Source: Eledone cirrhosa
Lineage: Eukaryota
Reading direction: 5' to 3'
DNA: 64,000 nt
NCBI GenBank assembly: GCA_964016885.1
Contig: OZ024741.1
Coordinates: forward strand, 315,890,001-315,954,000
Below are positions 54,055-64,000 of the stretch, piece after piece (the first letter of the stretch is position 1; every line of letters begins with the position of its first letter). Made by a program: the position numbers and the translations under genes. The notes beneath the pieces were generated by a model. The model had not been told where the DNA came from. It saw only the letters and a program-made list of their open reading frames with translations, and ran no database searches.

Positions 54055-55300
54055 GCGTATGAGACTGTTTTGCTTTACGAAGATTCCAGTTTAAACATAT
54101 TATTATTTTTTTTTTTTTTTTTTAGAAGCAGACTTAAGCATGAGAAAATGTGTTTTTGGAGAAATTGGTTTCCATCTGTGTAAACGTTTTCTAAGAGAGA
54201 TTTCAGTCTATGAATTCTTTCTTTTGCGATCTAAGAAAAAAACAATCTCTGAAAATCTATTCATCTGAGAAGTCAGTTTAAGACTGCAAATCTTTTGCGT
54301 TCAGAAACAGACTTTAATCCGCGAAAATGTTTCATATAAGAAGCAAGTTTAAACATTTTTTTAACCTTGGGAATATAGTTTTAGCTGGTGAAATATTTTC
54401 TTTTGAGAAACCGGCTTCAGCCGAAAAAGATTTTCATCTTTTAGAAACAAGTTTCAGTCTGCAAAATGTTCTTGCTTTAAGAAGCCGATTCCAAACTGTG
54501 CAGAATGTTCTACAATGAGAAGCTAACTTCAACAAGCGATAACTTTTCCACCCAGAAGCAAGTTTCGATCTGCGAAGATCATCTTTCATGAGAAGCAGGT
54601 GAAAACATTATGAATCCGAGTCTAATCTGTGAAAATGTCATAGCTTGCGAAGCAAATTTCAACCTGCAACTTTATATTTTCTTAGAAAAGAATGATTCAC
54701 CGTGTAAAGAGTTTCCCCTCTGAGAAGTAGTTTTCAAGCCAGTAAAACAATTTGCTTTCAGAATGAGTTTCTAACTAGTAAAAATGTTTTCTTTTCAGAA
54801 TCAAATTTCAGTTTGTACATTTGTTCTTCAAGAATCACTTCTTAGCGTGTGAAATTCGTTTTCTTTGAAAAGTCTGTTTCAACATGTTAAAAGAGTTTTC
54901 CTTTCAAAAGCAGTTTTTAGACTGCGCAATGTTTTTTGCTTTTTTTTCCTTTAAGAATCTGGTTCCAAGCCGTGGAAATGTTGTACCTTGGGAAGGTTTC
55001 GGCTTAAGAAATGTTTTTCTATTCAAAAGCAGGTTTAAGCATGTGCAGATTTTTTTCCTTTGACAATTCTTTTTTTTATTTTTTTATGAGAAGATGGAGA
55101 GAAGTATTTTCCTTTGAGAAACAGGCTTTAACACATAAAATTGTTTTTCTTTGAGAATCAGCTTTTAACCTGTGAACATTGTCAGTTCCAGAAGCAGTTT
55201 TACTTTGTGCATTTTTTTCTCTTAAGAAACCAATTCCAGCCTGTGAAAATTTTCTAACTTGGAGACCAAATTTTATTTTCCTCTAAGAATCAGGTTTCAA
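54055..55300. repeat. Old, highly diverged ~36-37-bp minisatellite (approx. GAGAAGCAGGTTTCAAGCTGTGAAAATGTTTTTCTTT)
   Basis: An AGAA(G/A)C anchor recurs at 54124, 54160, 54268, 54303, 54339, 54406, 54443, 54480, 54518, 54554, 54591 and onward. Confidence 0.75.
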
Positions 55301-55414
55301 TGTTTTTTTTTTTTTTTCTTGTAGTGGTGGAAGGGTGCTTTCAGATTGATTTTCTTAAATATTTCATCAACATTCTGACATAAAATATTACTCACACACA
55401 CACACACACACATC

Positions 55415-55465
<51 letters not shown>

Positions 55466-55784
55466 TGTGTGTGGTCTTGGATTTTCTTACCTTAAGTTGC
55501 TCGCACATTGCTCGGTTTGTTTTTTTTTCGCTGTTTTTTCACCGTTTTCTCTTTTCTTCCCTTTTGTTTTCCTCCCTCCCTCCTCCGTTTTCCCAATAAC
55601 TTATCAAGTTATTGACGCTCTGGGTGGTAGTTATATTGTCTTTAAAGCGTAGAAATATCCGAGACCCCCAGCAGACAACTAATGAGGACGCCCCCCCCCC
55701 CCCCCCCCGCCCGCGTTCTTGCTTTCTTCTTATTTCCACTCCGTTTTAAGATACCTTAAATAGCAACTACACAGCCATTTCTAT

Positions 55785-55816
<32 letters not shown>

Positions 55817-55817
55817 C

Positions 55818-56374
55818 AATTCATCGCTGATCAGCCGTTAAAACAGACAAATGCTGTCAATGAAAGTGATGGGCAAAAATGTCTGAGGACAGAGACCAGC
55901 GGACAGTGATCGGCAGAGAGACAATCCACGAGTTGGGTGAGAGGCAGATGAAATATAGAAAAGGTGAAGAGAGGAGGACGACAAAGAGAAGTGTGTGGGC
56001 GCATAGAAGTGACTGGAAGAAGCAAATAAAGAAAGGCGATGTACAAGACAAGTTCATACACATATATTCACCCTCATCAGCTCTCAAACATTTTTTCCTG
56101 ATTAGAGAGCTGGTGAAGGTTAAGATGTGTGTGTATAAACTTGCCTTGTATATCGCTTTTCTTTATTTCCTTCTTTTAGTTATTTCTATGCGCCAACAAA
56201 CTTCTCCGTGTCCTCCTCTCTCAATCGTTTCTATATTCCATCTGCCTGTCACCCAACTCGTGGATTGTCTCTCTGCCGACAATTGTCCGCTGGTCTCTGT
56301 CCTCTGAGGCATTTTTGCACATCACTGTCATTGACAGAATTTGGCTTTTTTTAAAGATGTTCTGGTGATGAGTT
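55818..56374. repeat. Diverged long inverted repeat: ~270-bp arms (55818-56085 / 56105-56374), ~19-bp spacer
   Basis: For example gaggacagagaccagcggaca vs tgtccgctggtctctgtcctc, and ggcagagagacaatccacgagttgggtga vs tcacccaactcgtggattgtctctctgcc. Many mismatches elsewhere. Confidence 0.9.
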
Positions 56375-56924
56375 TTCTCAATTTTCTATGAATTCGGTAA
56401 TAATTATAATATTAATAAATAACATTAACAATAATACTAACAATACCCACGGTAATAACAAAACTAACAACAACCGTTCTGGAAGTAATTATACGTTTCG
56501 TTGAGATAATGATACAGAATTAAGACTGAACTGTTTCCTTTTCTACGCAAATAGAAAAAGATAATGGATTAAAATATTATCCAAATCACATATTACCATG
56601 ACAATTTTGACACGAAACATACACTAACTATATATTCAGTGCAGACTAAAATAATATTAAAAAATAAAGATATGAAAAATAGGAATAAATATATTAAAAT
56701 ATGTAATAAAATATAAAGAATGTACTAAAGAGAAAAAATAATGAAGAATGAAAATATATATTAATAAAATGGAAATTAAAAGATATGAAATAAAAAAGAA
56801 ATAAAACTAGGAAAAAATAAAACAAAATATGAAATTATTTGACAGCTATCTTGAAAACATGCCCTGCCCGAAGAGCTCTCCCTTTAACAGCATAGCATTG
56901 ATACCGGTGACCTCAACCTGTTCT

Positions 56925-57052
<128 letters not shown>

Positions 57053-57719
57053 AATATAATTGGTGTTGGATGCTTAGAGCGTCTGTATGCGGTAGGCCGT
57101 TTGAGCACTCGATGCTCTCACAGAGCAGAGTATGATATCACAAAAAGAAAGAGAATCAGTGTTGCGACGAATGGAATTTGTTGGACATATTACAATCGTT
57201 TGTCTGGCGACCAGCTCGAGGCACCATCGATGTGATGATCGAGCCTGACTCTGAAAATCGCAAGGTCCTCAGATACGTCTTGATTCTACGAAGCAGATTT
57301 TCCAAGAAATTACAATACTATTGAGAGAGTAAATGACGGCCAGAACTGAACAGATTCTCTTCGGCTAGCTTCGTAAACCAATATTTCGTAAACCAATATG
57401 TATTTCATCTTCTAGGTGATGGATTTCTTTCGAATGTAGTTGACGGATTTTTTTTTTTAGTTCGAATTATATTTTTTGTCTTTTTTCTTCACTTTATTAG
57501 CCTGGTTAAGATCTTTGGCTAAAGAGCTTTTGAATTTCCGGTCATGTTCCCTCACAACGGTCAGTTTTTGATCAACCCCCTCTTTGAGAAGTCATGAGTC
57601 AGTACAAGTCTGAAACGGCTGTACTCAGTGATGGCATGGTCTGGACTTGTATGAGTAGTTCAGACAAACTTTTCCGTTGGAGGGAAACGGTGATCACCCA
57701 CTGAGGACGTGGGCAGTGC

Positions 57720-59790
57720 CAAGTTGTATAATATCCGCAGATATTGCATAACTATTGTGAATAACAGTTACAGTTGTAACTTTATGAGCAGAATGTAGAA
57801 CGATGTTAAGAAGGGCGCGAATTCAGCATGGTATAAGTTGGAGGTGGTATTGCAGCTGCATGCACAATATGATTCATATGGTTCGTGTTTGAAATGGCGA
57901 GGTACAACCTTTCACAACCGTGAAATGAAACGACGTTCCCCAAAGAAAGCCTACGTGGATAACATAGCATTTTTGGCAAAGGACAAGAAGTCGCTGGTGA
58001 CAATCTTGTTCAGACTGGATGAGCTAATATTTTGGCAATGTGACACTTGTCAAAGGAAAGCAACAAGAAGTGAAATATGAAGTTGCAGGTGAGGCCCTGT
58101 CAGCGATTGTAGAGAATTATGTGAAGAGTCTAAGGATGCTATTGTCGTTCAATGATAGGAGTGAGGGACTAAGAATACAGACGATGTCCGAGTATGAATA
58201 TTCAACAATAGATAAAGCATTTATGCCAGGCAAACTTAAGCTGTGGTACATTCAGTCTGCACTGTACCCAGGCTGCAGTGGCTACTGATATTGTATAAAA
58301 TAGCAATACCAAGTGTCTAAACTATTGAGCGGAAAGGCAAGTGATTAGAATTGTCAGGAACCTTTGCATGTGTGGCTCTGTACAAGAATAGTGGTCCAGT
58401 AGAATTACTTATGCCCTCAATAGTCTGGCAGTACAAGTGTGGTAAAGTGTAGACCCTGCTGCTTCCGTGCCAATCAAATGACGAAATCATCCGTCCCTAC
58501 CCACCGGGGCTCATGACTGGAAGAAAATGGATGGTAACAGAGAATTTCGTGGCTCCTCAAAGATATAAAGATAGAGTAGATCCTGCACAGAACAATAGAA
58601 AAGGCCTTGGAAATTCAGACCAACTCAGACCATACTATGCCAAGAATCAGGGGTGAAAGGTTACGGTAGTCGACCGGGTCAAGAGGGAAGAAGTGAAAAG
58701 TCGCAATATGGCCTTGATGCAATGTGTCCAATAACGATAGAGTGTCTTTGGAGGAGTTTGTGGTTGAGCAGAAGATGGGATGGAAGGAGCTGTGGTAATG
58801 TGAGCCAACCAGAACCAGTTTTCTAGTTCGCTCTGCCTACGGCATGCTTCCTAGTCCCACAAACCTCAAACGCTGGAAAGTAGTAGAGAGTGGCCTTTGC
58901 AAATGCGGAAAAGCTAGATGAGACACATACTGTCCAGTTGCCCACACGGCCTGGAGAACAGATATACATGACAGTATAACCAGGTGCTTAGATTACTAGC
59001 TGATGCAGGGGAAAAGAGGTTGGAGAGGGTGAACAGTGACGTGAAACCACAAGCAGCATGAAGTTTCGTATAGGAGAAAACATTACAAACTAACCACTGT
59101 AAGAAAGAAGACTGGTCCAAAATGGGAGGGTATGTGGGATGTCTCAGTTTACCTGGACGGCAAATAACACTTTTCCCTTTATACAACCAAGAGATCCGAC
59201 CTCGTTTTGTGGTGCAGTGAGAGAAGGTGGTGAAGACGGTAAAGTTTACTCTCTCTTAGGAGGCGAACAACGGCAAAGTATTGAACAGGAAGCCCAGGAA
59301 GTATAGTGAATTGGTTGAACTCTGTGAAACATGTGGAGGGAAGTCATTCTGCTTCCCTGTAGAGATAGGTATTAGAGGATTTGTTGGAACTATGGTTGAC
59401 TCGCTCCCAGGGGCCTTGGACTGGCGACAAAAGAAAGGAAACACCTTTCTCGGACATTATTGGGGGTAGTCGAGAAAGCTATGAATGTTGCCCCTGACAT
59501 TGAGGTAGATTGAGATGTCTCGTTCAGAATCACAACACCTGACTCATTGAATTTCATGCTATTCTGACACGTTGAGTTGGATGGAGTTTCATCAGATTCC
59601 CCTAAGGTTGTGTTGTTGTTCTGGAGTTTCGTCGCCTACCATAGTGGGAGGCCTCGAGTAGCTGAGGTGTCAAGGGGGAAGGAGCCGAAACATCTACAGA
59701 GTTACTCCACCGGTCTGGTGGGACATTGACCCCTGCATTCAGAGACGAAATACAGCAGCACCCTCAGAACAGATCTGTCTTTACCAAGTA
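57720..59790 (+). mobile_element. Decayed non-LTR retrotransposon with restriction-like endonuclease (R2 group, Hero/NeSL-like)
   Basis: RT motifs WYKLEV-GIAAACTI (~57828-57870) and AYVDNI, then MPGKLKLWYIQ..LYP, MLPSPTNLKRWK, a CCHC knuckle CKCG...RHILSSC, RYT*QYNQVL (RYTWRHNQVL-like), RSDLVLW (RPD-like), RKYSEL and FPVEIGIRGFVG. Many stops and frameshifts. Confidence 0.85.
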
Positions 59791-60062
59791 TATATATTGT
59801 ATCTATATATTTCTCATATTCATTTTTTCATGCTATTATAGATTAAAATAGGTCTGTATACTGATAGCCCCCGAACATTAATAGAATATTAATACTCAAT
59901 AAGTTAGTCTGAAATAATGTTTCACATGTTTTGTAACTCTCGGGATCGTGAATTAAGTAATCTATTTGCTTACAATAGGAAACAAAGTAAAGCCTGTCAT
60001 TCTCATTACTCTTGTTTTTATATACAGTAAATTGGTGGGTATCTGTAGGTATATGTTTGTGT

Positions 60063-60490
<428 letters not shown>

Positions 60491-60665
60491 ATGTATGTGT
60501 GTGTGGTGCCATGAGGTATTTTATTATTCTTTTGGTTTTCTCCGGTTTTCAAAGTAGTTCAGTGTATGTGTAAACATGCTAACTGCTTTATTTATCATTT
60601 TCTTTTGTTGCTCTATAATTATATATATCTGCATCCTTCCTACCATTATATATCTGTAATTATAT

Positions 60666-60786
<121 letters not shown>

Positions 60787-61599
60787 GCTTTCAGTCACTG
60801 TCTACTCCCGCCGCTCTTTCCTGTATTTCTTTCTCCCACTATTATGTATTATATTCCTTTCTCTTACTCTTTTTTCTCTCTATTTCTCTCAGTACCACTT
60901 CCTCCACGATCCCTGTGTTTCCGTGTATTCCACTTCCTTCCTCTTTAGCCATTCTTGTATTTTTCTGTTTCCCTATCTGCGCTGATGTCCCTTCCTCTCT
61001 ATCTGTTTCAGTCCCTGTCTATATTCCACAGATGTACTTACAGATGAATCCCAGAAAAATGGACAACGTTAAAGAAGGAACAAAGGAAACAATGCATACA
61101 AGAAGCAATGAAACTGGCAAGCTGAAGAATTGAAGACCATGCTACTAGATATTTAGCTGGAGAATCCCCACCGAACATCCTAATTGCGTAAACCCTAAAA
61201 AGCTAGGGATTTCTCAAAACCATGGCACAAATAGAGCGAAAAATAGAAAACGAATTCATTCTTGTTTATACTCTTATCAAGCCGCATATTGAGTTACTGA
61301 ATTGTATCCTCAAGGAGAAGGAAAACAGGAAAAGAATGCCAGTAATAAAGGGCCCACATGTCCCACAGAATTTCAGACAAAGTAAGTGAACGAAAGGAAA
61401 TACAAGAATACAGCAAAAGTAGAATGAAGAACCACCAGGAAAAGACGAAAAAGAAAGAAGCAAGCAGATAATGGTCAGTGGTTAGAAGTAAAAACAAAGA
61501 CATGAAGTCCATTTTGGAACTATGAGAAACAGTGACCCTAGGGGAAAACCCATGTAATGTGTAAGTTCTTCTTGAATTGGACCTGCTGTAATGGAGAAA

Positions 61600-62260
61600 C
61601 AGGAACAGACTGCATAGTCACTCATCCCAGACTGCGTGAGAGATGTGCCCAACCTGCTCATTTAAAATGCTCCGTTCGAAACAGTATATGACACAACATA
61701 TACAGTCTCTGTCCAGGAAATATGCTGATGTTTCATTTATTGCCCCGGGGAGGAGACAGTATGCAAATGCACTACGAACTGCAGCAGCAGAGCAACAATG
61801 TTTCATAGGCATTCTAAGACACCTGACTTGGCTACATCAGATACAGAACTAAAGTCATGCACTCAAGACCATCACAAAAAAACCCCACTCAAATGTCACA
61901 TCAAAGTTAGTTGCATTTCGAGCTTACAGGAGAAAAAGAACTCATAGTGGAGTTGCTATGTACATCCGTTGCTGTGCAGTGCGCAGGCTTCCTTGAGAGG
62001 ACGAGTCTCTCAATTTTCACAGCACTGATTTTTATTCCAGCCATTGCAGCACTCGACATCAAACCCATCAACTGCAAGTCGGAGGTCAGCTTCTGTTGAG
62101 TTAAGTAACACCATGTCGTCTGGAAATTCCAGTCGACTGATTTTAGACCGCCAGTCGTGATACAACTTCCAACCCAGATGTGCATGTCAATTCTGTTCAT
62201 GAAAATAATGAACATGAGAAGTGACAGTATGTACCCTTGGTGGAGTCCGACTACCACATC
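61600..62260 (-). mobile_element. Decayed RTE-like LINE RT fragment
   Basis: GLHQGYILSLLMFIIFMNRI (QG..LSP.LF motif), a frameshifted F.DDMVL (ttccagacgacatggtgtta on -), GIKISAVKIE.LVLSR and ERSIL...GHISH. Confidence 0.75.
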
Positions 62261-62546
62261 TTTTAATTCTCATTCTATCTTCTCGTATAACACTGGTGTC
62301 TGAAACCTAAAGACTCTTTTCCTGCTATATGAAGCGCTAAACTAATATGTGTCTACAGTGTTGTTTACTTTGGTGTTTCTGTTTGCGTTTTGCATATATA
62401 TCGTATATATATCACTAAGAACATTTCTAATGTGTGTAAAAAGGAATGTAAGTGGACGTCAAGTAAAATGAATTAAAATGGAAATCCTTGACCTGTGAAT
62501 ACGACACTTAAGCTGAAGTGAATTTGGTAGAATGCAATTAAAATAA

Positions 62547-63782
62547 TAGGTTGGATACAAAATCCTGTCACATTTTAGACATAATGACTTTGAAGACACT
62601 TTTTCAATACTGACTGCAATACAAACTTTTCATTTTTTGTTTTAATGCTTTTTTTTTCTTTTTATAGATTAAAATATTGTTATATTGCTTAATATTATGC
62701 AGTTTGACTCATCTAGAATCAGTGCTGAGCAGGCACATATAAGACATTTATGCTGCATGAATACAAAAAGGATTCCTCTGCAACAGACACGAGAAATAAT
62801 CTTAATTCTGCCTATAAAAATGAAGCTTCATCTGTCCGAACATACCAACGATGGCTTAAACAATTTTGATCAGGAAACTTTTCCCTCGGTAATTCTCCTC
62901 GACCAAGGTGACGGAGACAGGCAGACAGAATATGGTGGAAGAAAATACTAAGCAAACTCAAGAATTGATAAAATGTTCAATATATGTCACAGGACTATTG
63001 TAAAGCACCTACATGAACTGGGAAAGGCAGCTAAACCTGGCCAGTGGATGCCACATAATCTGACTGCTACTCAACTTGATCAAAGAGTTGCCCTTTGCTC
63101 TTCATTAAAAGGTAGACTTTTTAATTACCCTTTTTCTGTGCAGAATAATAATAAGGGATGTAAAGTGGGTACTGTACAATAATATCTAAAGAAAATGACA
63201 ATGCTTATCACCCAAAGAAAAGGGGGAAACGAAACCCAAACCAGAACTATACCTAGTAAAACCTATGCTCTGTGTCTGGTGGTATATGAGGGGCGTCGTC
63301 TATTATGAAGTGTTGAACTCAAGTAAGACAATTAATTTCAACAGGAGTCATTACATCAACATTTGCAGAAACAGCAACCAGCATTGGCAAATCGTAAAGG
63401 AGTGTTGCTCCCACAGAACAATGCAAGACAACATATTGCTCGAATTACACAGAACAAACCTTTTTCATAAGTTTTGCCTCATTTCTTTTCTTATTCACCT
63501 GACCTTTCTCCATCGGATTATCATCTTTTCAAATCATTGCAATATTTTCTAAATGTAAAACAGTTTACAAATCGAGTAGAGGTAAAAATTGATATTGAAC
63601 CTTTCATTGATTTACAAACTGAAGAATTTTATGTTAGAGGGATCAACAATTTGCCAGCTAGAAGGGATTATGTTATTAAAAATGAGGGAAAATATTATCT
63701 TGATTGAATATATCCATCATAACCAAATAAACGTCTTTTCTTGTCTTTGTCCAAAATGCAACAGGACTTTGTAAACAATCTA
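62547..63782 (+). mobile_element. Dead mariner (Tc1/mariner, DD34D type) transposon, ~1.24 kb with ~34-bp TIRs
   Basis: The left end taggttggatacaaaatcctgtcacattttagac (62547-62580) matches the reverse complement of 63749-63782 (tagattgtttacaaagtcctgttgcattttggac). Transposase remnants lie inside. Confidence 0.92.
62698..63707 (+). pseudogene. Mariner transposase pseudogene
   Basis: GQWMPHNL (WVPHEL), RIIIRDVKWVLYNN (TGDEKW region), MLCVWW..RGVVYYEVL, QNNARQH (HDNARPH) and YSPDLSPSDYHLFKSLQ (YSPDLAPSD), split across frames. Confidence 0.9.
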
Positions 63783-63789
63783 GATCGAG

Positions 63790-64000
63790 AGGTAGGTAGG
63801 TAGACAAATAGAGAGGCAGACGCAAAAAGACAGAGCAATAGGTCGATCAATAGACATATAGGTAGACATACAAGTAGACAGACAGAAACGTAGATAGGCA
63901 GACCGACAGACTCTCAGAAAGACAGACAGACAGGCAGACAGGTTGAGAGAAAGAGAAAGAGAAAGGTATGCAGATTGATAGATGAATAGATAAATAGGTA
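63790..64000. repeat. Degenerate (AGAC/AGAT)n low-complexity repeat
   Basis: Visible. Confidence 0.8.

Noticed and set aside
56040-56085. Hammerhead at minus-strand ctgatgag
   Set aside because: No stem II or GAAA box in the right position and no stem I pairing found.
57060-57360. Possible transposase remnant
   Set aside because: No diagnostic motif could be read in any frame.

Overview
Gene-poor, AT-rich eukaryotic (animal) DNA. The SINE families and dense microsatellites suggest an octopus/cephalopod genome, which is an inference from recalled repeat sequences. About 69% of the window (~9.37-53.25 kb) is one head-to-tail satellite of a 40-bp monomer (~1,100 copies), with nested duplications up to ~10 kb and older, diverged monomers at both edges. 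The flanks hold decayed retroelements (RTE-like, CR1/L2-like, an RLE-bearing Hero/R2-group element), tRNA-type SINEs, a dead mariner with recognisable TIRs, an old ~37-bp minisatellite and simple repeats. No intact protein-coding gene is supported. The most interesting signal is a non-coding ~428-bp unit at 2445-3712, present in tandem and inverted. It carries three minimal type I hammerhead ribozyme motifs, consistent with a retrozyme or Penelope-pLTR-like element that could yield a ~428-nt self-cleaved, possibly circular RNA. Next to it is a near-perfect 279-bp-arm palindrome whose arms carry a degenerate hammerhead-like motif.
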